A stretch of DNA of 64,000 nt from Heterodontus francisci (GCF_036365525.1 NC_090399.1:15375558-15439557), one strand, 5' to 3'. Positions 22,965-36,440 are shown, counted from the stretch's first letter. Notes: generated by a model from the letters alone, not told the origin. A program made the numbers and translations.

Positions 22965-24274
22965 TTATGCCGATAGCAGATGGAGCTTCATTTGATTATT
23001 TGAGACGGAAAACACTTTTCCAGTCATTCTCCCACTGTGTGTGTACAGGTCAGACATATTCTCAGCATAGTAAAAGGACACCTGCCCTCCCTCATAGTCC
23101 AAATAAATGCCAATCATTTTTGGATTCACTTGAAGTGTGAGGTGATCAATCTGTTTCGGGTTTCTTTTCTTGGGTGCAAAGAATTCCAGCAACCATTGCA
23201 TCCAATTGGTTGTATAAGGATTTATGACCCAGTCGCCATTCTGTGTGCTCAGATCTCTGAGGTATTTTCTTTTTACTGACTCTGTCAATACGCTGATCAT
23301 TGACCTGGTCCCCTGGTCCACCTCAACCTCCCAGTCGTGTTTCCCTGATGTAAATCCTTTCAATCCCAGCACACAGATGCAATGTTGAAATCGTTTTGGG
23401 TTGTCCGGGAGATGCTGTTCCACATAATGTTCAGCACCATTCGTGACTCCTCAGATACTGAAGCAGTCCGTGTGGAAATGCAGCAAGACCTGGACAATAT
23501 CCAGGCTTGGGCTGATAAGTGGCAAGTAACATTCGCGCCACACAAGTGCCAGGCAATGACCATCTCCAACAAGAGAGAATCTAACCATCTCCCCTTGACA
23601 TTCAACGGCATTACCATCGCTGAATCCCCCACTATCAACATCCTAGGGGTTACCATTGACCAGGAACTGAACTGGAGTAGCCATATAAATACTGTGACTA
23701 CAAGAGCAGGTCAGAGGCTAGGAATCCTGTGGCGAGTAACTCACCTCCTGACTCCCCAAAGCCTGTCCACCATCTACAAGGCACAAGTCAGGAGTGTGAT
23801 GGAATACTCTCCACTTGCCTGGATGGGTGCAGCTCCAACAACACTCAAGAAGCTCGACACCATCCAGGACAAAGCAGCCCGCTTGATTGGCACCCCATCT
23901 ACAAACATTCACTCCCTCCACCACCGACGCACAGTGGCAGCAGTGTGTACCATCTACAAGATGCACTGCAGCAACGCACCAAGGCTCCTTAGACAGCACC
24001 TTTCAAACCCGCGACCTCTACCAACTAGAAGGACAAGGGCAGCAAATGCATGGGAACACCACCACCTGCAAGTTCCCCTCCAAGTCACACACCATCCTGA
24101 CTTGGAACTATCTCAAGGGCAATTAGGGAATGGCATAAATGCTGGCATAGCCAGAGAAGCCCACATCCCATGAATGAATAAAAAAAAAATAACCAACTCT
24201 CATTCTTGTCATGCTCTCAGAGAAGATGAGACTGGGGTGAGCAGAATTCAGACACAGCATCAAATGTGTCAACG
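22965..24274 (-). pseudogene. TRIM B terminal PRY-SPRY (B30.2) exon, split by a LINE
   Basis: The 5' part (24274..24189) reads LTHLMLCLNSAHPSLIFSESMTRMRVGY. It continues in frame after the insertion as VEQHLPDNPKRFQHCICVLGLKGFTSGKHDWEVEV...IGIYLDYEGGQVSFY. The acceptor appears mutated (TTTCTTTACAA instead of CAG). Confidence 0.88.
23428..24188 (+). mobile_element. 5'-truncated CR1/L2-group LINE (second family) inserted in the PRY-SPRY exon
   Basis: WADKWQVTFAPHKC...IYKAQVRSVMEY...KKLDTIQDKAARLIG, an A-tail, and ATAA at both junctions. Confidence 0.9.
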
Positions 24275-24579
24275 TTGTAAAGAAACTAAAAGATTAGCAC
24301 CTAGAAAGTAACCTGCTATAGTCTGTAGTACTCTGAGTATGGAACATATATATATATATATATATATGTAAATATTTAGGAAACATATCTTAAATTTTAC
24401 TCCAATTACCTTGATGGGTTCAAACAGTGCATCAACCACTCAAAGCATTGAAATGCATCCGAACATTGATTACAACTTTACACAAATGTAAAGCTTTACC
24501 GAGACTTAAGGTTTCTTGATTTGATCTGAGTGATATCCATGAATGTGGCATGTCAATACAATTGCCTTAGTGCCCAGCC

Positions 24580-27500
24580 TTAGGAAATCAGCCAGACAGG
24601 GACCATTGACACAACCACAAAGAAAAAACCTCCAAAAACGGAACAGGCCACCACCCAAACCAGTGGCAAGAGGAGGCTATCGTCTGAGACAGACTGCGGC
24701 AGCTCCTCCTCAGTGGACGAGGAAGTGCTGGAACGACAGCACCTGCAAAAGAAGCGGCAGAACTCAAAGGAGCTGGAAGATAAAGCCCCCCAACTCTGGG
24801 GCACTGGAAGCTGTGATGGGCCCAGCCCGCCCCAAACCCGAAGCGCTGAGCTTAGCGACATGCCCAGTGCATCCCAGCTCCGGGACACCGAGAACAAAGA
24901 AATGTCAGGCGCACTCCATTTCCGGGAAGCCGGGAGCATTGATGTTTTTTGAGGAGGAACAGAGGGGAAAGATACCAACAGCAGAGGACAACCCAATCCT
25001 TCCTGCCTACAAGACCCCCCACAATGTCACCCCAGCAGAACAAACCTGCATGGGAAATCAGGAGGGGTTTCTGAGCCCAACGAACATGAAGCAGCTTGCA
25101 TACACTATGGGTATGCAGGAACACACCAAAGGCCTGGGACTAGCAAGGACAAATGGTGTGGGAAGCAAGAACTAACTTAAAAATGGGTATAAAGATTGCT
25201 TCAATTAACGCACGTAGCATTAAATTCACTACGCAATGTGTTTCAACCTTGGACTACCTCGTCAAGGTCAAAGTGAACCTACTCTTTCTGCAGGAGTGTG
25301 GAATACCACACCTCAGCACCTACAGACAATGGTCACGATGATGGTCCCACGGGCCATCGATCTGGTCAGGGGATAATGATTCCCGCTCCTCCGCCCTGGA
25401 TATTCTGCTGCGGGGAGGTAACTTCACCATCTCTGAAGTTAAGGAGGTGGTGGACAGTCACCTCCTCATAGCAGATGTAATGTACAACAATGCTCCGCTC
25501 CAGTTGATCAACGCGTACACCCCGATTCAATGCAGCGAGCGGCTGACCATCTTCCAGCAGCTCCCCCTGCTGCTGGCGACGTCCAGGCCGGTCATCCTAG
25601 GCGGTGACTTCAACTGCAGCATTGATGCAGCTGGACGATCCGGCAGTGACGACAACAAACTGGACGCTACGTCCAGATTCCTAATGGAAACAGTAAAAGA
25701 TGCCAAGCTGCACAATGTCTTCAGCAGCCCTGCAGACAGAGTGCAGCGTAGATACTCCTAGGCATGATGGGACGGGTCTGCCCGTTCCTGCATTGACTTC
25801 CTGTTTGTGTCCCGTGCTGTCACGCTCAGATCCACCGACGTCAAGCTAGTGTTCTTCTCCGACCACTGCCTCTTACTGGCCGACTGTCACTTACAGGACG
25901 ACCAGTGGGTTGGCAGGGGGACATGGAAGCTCAATGTTACACTGCTAACCCCAGAGAACGCTGAGGAACTCAAAAGGGATTACAAAGGTTGGAGAACCGT
26001 GAAACCCCTCTCTGAGTCTCCGGTTCACTGGTGGGAGGTGATCAAGGAGAACATCAAGAGGTTCTTTATCTTCAAAGGTGTTCAGAGAGTGCGAGTGAGA
26101 CAGAGGGAAATGTCCCGACTCCAGAAAAGAATGCAAAATCTGCTCCGACTGCAGTCAATGGGGGTCGAGGTCAATGAGGATCTCCACGAGGTGAAGAGCC
26201 AGCAGGCCTCGCTCTTTGTCACAGAGGCCTCCAAGATCAACTTCCGGTCCAGAGTCCGCTCCATTGAGCAGGATGAGGTACAGAGAGAGAGAGCTCTGTG
26301 ATCAGCAGCCTGAAGGAAGAGGATGGCTCAGTAACATCTTTGCAGTCTGGACATACTAAGGACCAGCAAATCCTTTTATGCTGGGCTGTATGACGTGAAG
26401 GCCACAGACAGCACAGCCACCAAGTCCTTCCTGTCATCTATCAGGGAGGTCTTAGATGACAGCAGGAGGGAGAGACTGGACAAACCGATAACTCTGGACG
26501 AGCTGACAAAGGCTGTCACGTCCTTCAAGATGAGCAAAACTCCCGGAAGCGATGGCTTACCGGTTGAGTTGTATTCGGCCCTGTAGGACTGGATCGGCCC
26601 AGACCTGTTGGAAGTATATGAGAGTATGCTCCTGGCCGGCAGCATGTCAGAATCCATGAGGAAAGGCATCATCACCCTCATTTACAAGTGGAAGGTGGAG
26701 AGGGCAGAAATCAGAAATTGGCGGCCCATCTCACTGCTTAATGTTGACTACAAGATTCTGTCCAAAGTCATAGCCAGTCGAGTCAAGTCTGCTCTGGAGT
26801 TGGTGATTCACCCTGATCAGACCCGTACTGTACACGGCAGGAAGATCTCTGATAGTCTCACGCTACTCAGGGATGCGATCGCCTATGTACGGGACAGGAG
26901 GGTGGACACCTGCCTCATCAGCCCGGGCTAGGAGAAGGCTTTTGACAGGATATCACACACCTACATGATGGACGTGCTCTCCAAAATGGGGTTTGGGGAG
27001 GGAATCTGCAATTGGATCAAACTGCTCTACACAAACATCAGTAGTGCAGTGGCAGTCAATAGGTGGGAATCAGAAGGTTTCCTGATCCAATCTGGAGTCA
27101 GACAGGGCTGTCCTCTCTCCCCTGTCTTGTTTGTTTGCTCTATTGAACCCTTTGCTGAGTCCATTAGGAAGGATGCGGGCATAAGAGGGGTGACAATCCC
27201 AGGCAGTGGAGGCACTCGGGTTAAAGCCTCCCTGTACATGGATGACGTCACCGTCTTCTGCTCGGATCCGCTGTCTGTGCGCAGACTGATGAGCATCTGG
27301 GACCAATTCGAACTGGCCTCGGGAGCCAAAGTTAACCACGGCAAGAGCGAAGCCATGTTTTTTGGGAACTGGGCTGACCGATCCTTTATCCCCTTCACTG
27401 TCAGGTCAGACTACCTGAAGGTGCTGGGGACATGGTTCAGAAGTGCTGGGGCATGCACAAAAACCTGGAAGGAGCGAGTAGCCAAGGTACACCATAAACT

Positions 27501-28797
27501 GAGCATGTGGGAGCAGCGAACTCTCTCCATTGTGGGTAAGAACCTGGTCATCAGGTGCGAGGCGCTCACGTTGTTGCTGTATGCAGCGCAGGTCTGGCCC
27601 ATACCCCACTCCTGCGTCGTGGCAGTCACCCGAGCCATTTTCCGCTTTATCTTGAGATGTAAAAGGGACCGGGTCCGGAGGGACACAATGTTCAAACTTC
27701 TAGATAAGGGCGGGAAAAATGTACCCAATGTCGCCCTCATCCTGATGACCACCTTCATGTGCAGCTGCATCAAGCTGTGCGTGGATCCCCAGTACGCAAA
27801 CACCAAGTGTCACTACGTGCTGAGGTTCTACATGTCCCCGGTGTTGCAAAGGATGGGTCTGGTCACATTGCTGCAAAGCTCTCCACCCAATTGGACCGTG
27901 CCATACCACCTATCCTTCGTGGGAAAGTTTCTGTGGGAAAACACATTTGACCACCAATCCATCAGGCAGTGGTCTGCGCAGAATGTCCTCAACGCCCTGC
28001 GGTCTAAGGAGATGATGGATCCTGTCGGATGCTTCCCCGAGTGGACTGCCAAACTCATTTGGTGGAATGCCTCATCACCAGAACTTTCAAACAAGCACCA
28101 AGACGTTGCTTGGCTGGTGGTGAGAAGGGCCCTCCCCATCAGATCCTTCCTGCACGCCCGGAGTCTCACCCCCTCCACATGCTGCCTTGAGGTGACTGCG
28201 GTGGGGGAGAGACTGTTGCCCACCTCCTTCTGGAATGTGTCTTTGCAAACAGGTGTGGAAAGAGATTCAGTGGTTTTTGTCACGGTTCATCCCAAGCAGC
28301 TCTGTAACACAGGAGTGAGTGCTCTACGGGCTGTTCCCAGGGATGCACACTGAAATAAACATCAACTGCTGCTGGAGGACTATCAGTTCGGTGAAAGACG
28401 CCCTTTGGTCTGCCCGAAACATGCTGGTCTTCCAGCGCAAAGAGTAGTCCATGACCGAGTGTTGCAGACTGGCACATTCCAAGGTCCAGGACTATATGCT
28501 GAGGGACACACTAAAGCTTGAGGCAGCTGCAGCAAAGGCTCAGTGGGGAAAGACCACAGTGTAAGGTCCTCCACCACAGTGAACCGAGGGGCTGGAACCC
28601 ATGTAAAACCCCCCGGGCTGTGTGCACCAAAATGTTTTTTGCTAAATACATTGCATACAAAATGGAATGGCATGGGTTGTGAGCCACCTCATGTTACTGT
28701 ATTGAAGAAATCTGATCTCTATTGCACTTTCTGAGATTTGAACTGTTTTCTAATGCATATTTGCAAATGATTATGAATAAAGTATTTTTTGGGAAAA
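24580..28797 (+). mobile_element. L1-Tx1 clade LINE: ORF1 end plus nearly full ORF2 (APE endonuclease and RT), with stops
   Basis: ORF2 starts MGIKIASINARS near 25183 and contains LQE, GGDFN, SDH, KTPGSDGL, NWRPISLLNVDYKI, GVRQGCPLSP and YMDD. Ends AATAAAGTATTTTT. Lies antisense within TRIM B. Confidence 0.92.
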
Positions 28798-29400
28798 AAG
28801 AGACGAGAGAGAGGGGAAAGACAGAGAGAGGGAGGAGAGACAGGTGAGAGACAGAGATGGAGGAGAGTAAGGGGGGAGGAGAGACTGAGAGAGGGTGAGA
28901 GAAAGAGAGGGAGGAGAGATGGAGAGAGGGAGGAGAGACAGAGAGAGGATATAGAGGGAGGAGAGTCAGAGGAGGAGAAGAGACAGAGGGGGAGAGAGAG
29001 AGAGACAGAGAGAGAGGGAGGGGAGAAACAGAGAGGAGGAGAGCGAGAGAGAGAGAGAAGGGGGTAGACAGAGAGAGGGAAAAAGAGAGAGGGAGGAGTG
29101 ACGGGGGAAAGAGACAGAGAGAGAGGGATGGAAAGAAAGGGAGGAGAGACAAGGACTGGGAGGAGAGACACAGAAAGAGGGACAGGAGAGACAGAGAGAA
29201 GGGGGACAGAGAGAGAAGGAGAGGCAAGACACAGGAGGAGAGAGACAGAGAGAGAGAGGGAAGACAGACAAAGAAAGGGTTGAAAAACAAAGACGGGAGA
29301 AATACACAGTGAGCGTGTGAGAGAGGGAGGGGGAGCAATAGACAGAGGGGGAGAGAAAGAGAGGGGAGAGATATAGACACAGAGAACGGAGAGAAAGAGA
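28798..29400. repeat. GA-rich polypurine tract
   Basis: (GA)n/(GAGACA)n mosaic directly after the Tx1 3' end. Confidence 0.9.
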
Positions 29401-30571
29401 TCAAGATCACTCCTGACACATGGGCATCTATCCGGAATATTCCACATCGCTACACCAAGTGTGGGGGCAGAGACAGATTACAAATGCAAGCGAAGACAGT
29501 GCCAGATATATCATTAAGTCAGTGTTCAACATAATGACAAGAAAAAAACATAAAGTCAATAAATTAGTCTTCTCATTTAAAGCTTGTTCACAAAAATGCA
29601 CATCAGTTGTTGATTAATTGTAAGATAAAATTTTAATGCCTTTATCTTTCTGACATTTTCTCATCTATATAAGACAAAGATTGTAATGTGGCTCCCAATC
29701 AAAAAACGTTGGACACCCCTGTGTTGAAATATGGTTTTTAATGAAACTGAATTTGTAACTTTGAGACCCAAATTAACAAGAACAATTACAGAAATAAAAC
29801 AGATAGTGTTCACAGACCAACATACTTCAAACTAAAATGCTTTCATTTACAAATGTAGCTTCGCAAAATTAAAAGGAATGAATTCATAGAAACTCAACTA
29901 GACATTACACAATATTAGAATATTGATCTATCTATCCATGGATTGGGTAAAATGTAACTCTTTCTATGCATCTCTCCTACTTGTATTTCATTAAATCATT
30001 TTTCCATTGTTGATAAATTCCTTTCCTCATAAGTAATGCACAAATGTTTTGATTGCCAAGCAAAAATGTTTTGGTGATGTTATCATTCAAATCTGTATTG
30101 TAAGCAGTAAGTTGGGAGGTCAGAGAGGAACAGAGTTAATTAAGCTTTCCAGCTTCTCAGATTTGTTTGTCAAAATCAAAGTATAAAAGACGTGCAACTT
30201 ATTTTATAATCCTCTTCCTGCCCTGTAAGATTCTGTAACTCAGTTATGAACCCAGCCTGTTCGGCAGGAACAGGGTCACTTTATTTACGTTCCATTGATT
30301 TTAATCCACTTTGGTTTTTAAATGGAGAGTGAAATATAAAGGGGTTAAACAAGCATCTGACCTAACGATTGAGTGGATTGCTGAAAATTGGGGCTGTTAA
30401 TTCTATACGTCTTTTATTCTACAATTCAATGGGCCTGATTTTAACCCATTCAAAACTATCCACTTACACAGTTAACATCGGCCCCGACGTTTCTGCTCGC
30501 TGAGCAAAGGATATTCGAACCTGTTTGCTTTGTAACTGGTGGATGATTTGTCATGTACCAATAGTTAATAC

Positions 30572-30802
30572 CTGCAGAAATTCAGCGTTTTGTAGGGTCA
30601 GTCTCCTTTGCATGTCTGTCATTGTTTGTTTAATGTGGACACGTTGTTCAGAAACTTTATTCAGATTTTCTTCTATTTTCTGCAATAAGGTTTTCTCCAT
30701 TTTCTCCAGTTTAGTTTTCAGGTTCAGTTCCTCCTGATGCAGAAATTGGTGCAATTCGTTGTATTTGAACGCAATGTTTTTCTGCAGACTGTCAGCTTGT
30801 TG
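30572..30802 (-). pseudogene. TRIM B exon 3 (coiled coil), 231 nt
   Basis: Paralog of 16094..16324, with intact AG/GT splice sites. Confidence 0.85.
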
Positions 30803-31046
30803 CTGTTGAAATAAAGGACACCTTGCACTCATGTAACACTTTTAAAGCACGAAAATGTCCCAAAGTGCTACAGGTGCGATTATCAGATACAATTTGTCAC
30901 CGAGCCACATAATGAGTTTTTAGCACAGGTGACCAAAAGCTTAATCAAAGAAGAATGTTTTAAGCAGCGCCTTAAAGGAGGAAAGAGTGGTAGAGAGGTG
31001 GAAATCTGTAGGGATGGAATTCCAGAGCACAGGGCCTCAGCGGCTG

Positions 31047-32755
31047 TTTCACGCCACTCAGGAAAGGAAGGGGTCTGATGAGGCAGCGCTATTCTGAATT
31101 GTGCCTTTCATATTGTCATGGAATGAGGTGATGATACTTAGTAGCTTTGGTGGACATCCGATCTTTTCTAGTAGTCTGAAGAGACCACGTCTGCTGATGA
31201 AGTCAACAGCTTTGGTGAGATCTATGAAAGCAATGTAGAGGGGCATCTGTTGTTCACAGCATTTCTCCTGTAGCTGGCGAAGGGAGAACAGCATGTCAAT
31301 GGTGGATCGCTCTGCTCGAAAGCCGCACTGTGCCTCAGGGTAGACACACTCAGCCAGCTTCTGGAGTCTGTTTAAATCGACTTGAGCGAAGACTTTCCCC
31401 ACTCTGCTGAGCAGGGAGATTCCACGGTAGTTGTTGCAGTCACCGCGGTCACCCTTGTTCTTATAGAGGGTGATGATATTGGCATCGTGCATGTCCTGTG
31501 GTACTGCTCCCTCGTCCCAGCACAGGCAAAGCAGTTCATGGAGTGCTGAAAGTATAGCAGGCTTGGCACTCTTGATTATTTCAGGGGTAATGCCGTCCTT
31601 TCCAGGGGCTTTTCCACTGGCCAGAGAATCAATGGCATCACTGAGTTTCGATTTTGTTGGCTGTCCATCCAGCTCATCCATGACTGGCAGAGACAGGGCT
31701 GCATTGAGGTCGGTGACAACATTTTCCCTGGAGTACAGTTCTATGTAGTGCTCCATCCAACGGTCCATTTGCTTGCGTTGCTCAGTGATCGTGTCCCATG
31801 ACTTAGACTTGAGGGGGGCAATCTTGATGGTTGGCCCAAAAGCTCTCTTAATGCCATTATACATTCCTCTGATATTTCCAGTGTCGGAGGCCGGCTGAAT
31901 GTGACTGTACAGGTGTTGCCAGCAGTCATTTGCACAGTGCCTGGCTCATTAATGATTATCTCATTATTCAACTATCACCAGTAACCTGTCTCTAGATGCA
32001 GAAATCAACAAGCGCATGGGTAAGGCTTCCACTGCTATGTCCAGACTGGCCAAGAGAGTGTGGGAAAATGGCGCACTGACACGGAACACAAAGGTCCGAG
32101 TGTATCAGGCCTGTGTCCTCAGTACCTTGCTCTACGGCAGTGAGGCCTGGACAACGTATGCCAGCCAAGAGCGACGTCTCAATTCATTCCATCTTCGCTG
32201 CCTTCGGAGAATACTTGGCATCAGGTGGCAGGACTATATCTCCAACACAGAAGTCCTTGAAGCGGCCAACACCCCCAGCTTATACACACTACTGAGTCAG
32301 CGGCGCTTGAGATGGCTTGGCCATGTGAGCCGCATGGAAGATGGCAGGATCCCCAAAGACACATTGTACAGCGAGCTCGCCACTGGTATCAGACCCACCG
32401 GCCGTCCATGTCTCTGCTTTAAAGACGTCTGCAAACGCGACATGAAATTGTGTGACATTGATCACAAGTCGTGGGAGTCAGTTGCCAGCATTCGCCAGAG
32501 CTGGCGGGCAGCCATAAAGACGGGGCTAAATTGTGGCGAGTCGAAGAGACTTAGTAGTTGGCAGGAAAAAAGACAGAGGCGCAAGGGGAGAGCCAACTGT
32601 GCAACAGCCCCGACAAACGCATTTCTCTGCAGCACCTGTGGAAGAGCCTGTCACTCCAGAATTGGCCTTTATAGCCACTCCAGGCGCTGCTTCACAAACC
32701 ACTGACCACCTCCAGGCGCATATCCATTGTCTCTCGAGATAAGGAGGCCCAAAAG
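31047..32755. mobile_element. RTE LINE with inverted 5' segment, right arm only
   Basis: 31058..31864(-) encodes the RT N-terminal part (KAPGKDGI, NYRGISLLS, FIDLTKA). 32016..32705(+) encodes the C-terminus (LLYGSEAW, RRLRWLGHV, CCHH-like tail). Confidence 0.88.
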
Positions 32756-33689
32756 AATTGTCGAAGTAATCCTGACAGTCTGACTGCCTAAAAGAAAACC
32801 TTGTTGCTTATCATTGGAGACTTTGTAAATAATATTCCAGGAAAATGGGACACATCATTACTTGCAATGAAGAATTGATATTAGTTATAATTGACATTAG
32901 TTTTCCTATAGCTCCATTATCCTCCGTTGCTACATTTAGTGTTTTCTGCACTGTGCAACAAACTGTTGTGATCTGGAATACACGGCCTTGAATGTTTGTG
33001 GAACCGGATTCAATAATAACATTCAAAAGGAACTTGGATACATATGGGAAGAGGAAAATATTGCTGTGTTATGGTAAAAGGGCAGGCAGCAGACTAAATG
33101 GATTGCACTTAGAAAGGACTGGCTGAGGCACAGTGGGTCAAATGCCTACTTGTGTGCTGGATTATTCAATGATTCTATTCTATAAAGTTTACATAGGGAA
33201 TGTTTTTTGTAAATTTGGTCATAGGAATATATAAAATATATAGTTGAAAGGAATTGCAAGTATCATTTTTATATATTAATAGATAGCGGTATTCCAGATT
33301 GACCAACAATCCTAAAAACATATCTATCCATCTTCATTACTCCAGATAGAATTACAGAAAGCCCTGTTAAATCCCCAGCCAAAGTGTATTCTGAGGCGAA
33401 CGTTGAAATGAAAAAGAGAAGCTGCTGTTATCCACTCATATCTCATTCTAGGCACACAGAACCTATCTGTTTGCAACACTTCCTATCAGGAAATTAGTCC
33501 CATTTCTAGACTAACTGAATGATCGCCTAAATCTAAAATCACTCTCACAAAAAAGTCCCCACTTTCTCATTATGAGTCAGCAATAATATGCATGGTATTG
33601 CAACATTGTGCTGGAGAAGGAATTTGGTATCTGTCCTGTTCCAATTTGCAGCTTGATTTGTTTCAGTGCAGGATTCGGAGGCAGCTTGC

Positions 33690-33786
33690 CTTCAACTTGT
33701 TTATTTCTGCTTTCTTCTTCCTTCTGACTTTTGCAAATCTCTTCCATTTGTTTCTGAAGCGAATCCAATGATATTTGCAGCATTCC
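33690..33786 (-). pseudogene. TRIM B exon 2, with the same 97-nt frameshifted length and GC donor as TRIM A
   Basis: Paralog of 14214..14310. Confidence 0.75.
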
Positions 33787-34859
33787 CTGGAACCGAGATG
33801 TTTTAAAAGGAAATCATCAAGTGTTTTTGACAGACCGGTAGTAAGAATCACTTTGCCGTGATTGGAGAGTTCATTCTCAGTGGCAGTTACAATAAAATGA
33901 TCATGAATTGGGTGACGAGAGGTGGCCGGGCAAATGCCATTACACAGACTGCTGTTAGAGTATGGAATGCTTTGACACACTGGATGGTTAAGGCATAGAC
34001 CACTGCAACTGTTCAGGGAAAACTGATGAATTTTAGAAGCAAAGGTAGATACGGGTCTGTGGGGAGAGAATAGGTTCTTCATATTCGTTCTGTTTTTCTC
34101 ATGATAGAGACACCATTGACCGACTATACTTTCGTGCTGTAAATGACCATAAAGAGAGACCAGTGTTACTGCGCTGCCTGATAATATGAGACATATTGCT
34201 AGTGTTTAAATATTAGATTACCATCTGCTACAAAGCAGATTTGTTTATGTCCTACACTGAATATGTTACAGGTATTGTTTGCTGGAGTATCTGAGGTACC
34301 TCTGTAACTCCTCCAGCCCTACAACCCTCCAAGATTTCTGCGCTTCTCCAATTCTGGTCTCTTGGACATCCCTGGTTTTCACTGCTTCTCCCATTGGGAT
34401 TGTGCTTCAGTTTTTTTTATTGGTTCGTAGGATGTGGGCGTCACTGGCCAGGCCAGCATTTATTGCCCATTCCTAATTGCCCTTCTGAAGGTGGTGGTGA
34501 GCCGCCTTCTTGAACCACTGCAGTCCTTGGGGTGTAAGTACACCCACACTGGGGCTATTTGGAAAGTAATTCCGGGACTTTGACCCAGCGACAGTGAGGA
34601 ATGGCGATATAGTTCCAAGTCAGGATGGTGTATGACTTGGAGGGGAACTTGCAGGTGGTGGTGTTCCCAGGCATCTGCTGTCCTTCTCCCTCTAGGTGGT
34701 AGAGGTCGCGGGTTTGGAAGGATCTGTTGAAGGACTGGGCCTGGAGGTCTGGAATTCCTTCCCTCACCTCTCCTCCTCGCTACCTCTCTCTCCTCCTTCA
34801 AGACACCCGTTAAAACCAACCGCTTTGGCCAAACTTTCGGTCAACTGTCCTAATATATC

Positions 34860-36440
34860 CATAATAAAAAAAGAAAATGCTGGAAATACTCAGCAGGTCT
34901 GGCAGCATCTGTGGAGAGTCATAGAATCAGACAGCACAGAAACAGGCCCTTCGGCCCATCGTGTCTGTGCCATCAAGCACCTATCTATTCCAATCCCATT
35001 TTCCAGCACTTGGCCCATAGTCCTGTATGCTATGGCATTTCAAGTGCTCATCTAAATACTTTATAACTGTTCTGATGGTTCCTGCCTCTACCACCCCTTC
35101 AGACAGTGCGTTCCAGATTCCAACCACCCTCTGGGTGAAAAAAATTTTCCTCAAATCCCCTCGAAACTTCCTGGCCCTTACCTTAAATCTATGGCCACTG
35201 GTTATTGACACCTCCGCTAAGGGAAAAAGTTTCTTCCTATCTAATCTATCAATGCGCCTCATAATTTTGTATACCTCAATTATGTCCCCCTCAGCCTTCT
35301 CTGCGCCAAGGAAAACAACCCTAGCCTTTTCAGTCTCTCTTCATAGCTGAAATGCTCCAGCCCAGGCAACATCCTGGTGAATCTCCTCTGCACCCTCTCT
35401 AGTGCAGTCACATCCTTCCTATAGTGTGGTTCCCAGAACTGTACACAGTACTCCAGCTGTGGCCTAACTAGTGTTTTATACAGTTCCATCATAACCTCCC
35501 TGCTCTGAGATTCTATGCCTCGGCTAATAAAGGCAAGTATCCCATATGCTTTCCTAACCACCAGAGAGAAGCAGAGTTAATGTTTCAGGCTAGTGACCTT
35601 TCATCAGAACTGGCAAAGGTTAGAAATGTAATAGGTTGAAAGCAAATAAACTGGGTGTGGGGCAAAAGATAACAAAAGGGAAGGTGCTGATAGAACAGAG
35701 GGTCACAGAGAATAATTGACAAGGAGGTCATGGGGCAAAGGCAAAGGGAGTGTGATAATGATGTGGTGAAAGACAAAGCATTAGTGCAGAGAGAAAGTTA
35801 AATGACAGAATAATGGCCAGTTCTGTTCAAAAGCACAAACATGAAAGACCCAGTTTAAGGCAGGAAAATGGTTAAAAAAAAAGATAAAACAAAATAAAAT
35901 AAAATTAGACTAAAAAAGGACCAGTCATGGTCTGAAATTATTGAACTCAATGTTCGGTCCGGTAGGCTGTAGCGTGCCTAATCATAAAATGAGCTGTTGT
36001 TCCTTGAACTTGTGTTGATGTTCACTGGAACACTGCAGCAGGCCCAGGAGGACAGAAATGTAGGCATGAAAGCAGGGGGGTTGTTGAAATGGCCAGCAAC
36101 CGGAAGCTCGGGGTTATGCTTTCGGACTGAGTGGAGGTGTTCCACAAAGCGGTCACCCAGTCTGCGTTTGCTCTCCCCAATGTAGAGGCAACCATATTGT
36201 GAACAGCGAATACAGTATACTAAACTGAAAGAAGTAAAAGTAAATCACTGCTTCACCTGAAAGGAGTATTTGGGGCCTTGGATAGTGAGGAGAGAGGAGG
36301 TAAAAGGGCAGGTGTGACACCTCTTGCGATTGCATGGGAAGGTGTCGTGGGAAGGGGACGAGATGTCGGGGAATGGAGCAGTGGACCACGGTACACGGAG
36401 GGAATGATCCCTTTGGAATGCTGACAGGAGAGGGGATGAA
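34860..36440 (-). mobile_element. Penelope-like element (mirror of 11860..13140)
   Basis: Same GIY-YIG region and terminal motif. Interrupted by the CR1 at 34919..35562. Confidence 0.8.
34919..35562 (-). mobile_element. CR1 3' fragment, right arm only
   Basis: ORFs 35280..35561 and 34981..35262 (LVRPQLEYCVQFW, FFTQRVVGIWNAL). Inserted in a GAGAG run that is uninterrupted in the left arm near 13085. Confidence 0.88.

Noticed and set aside
24400-24530. TRIM B small internal exons 4 and 5
   Set aside because: GT donors are present near 24409 and 24499 on the - strand, but lengths and phases do not fit cleanly; too degenerate to call.
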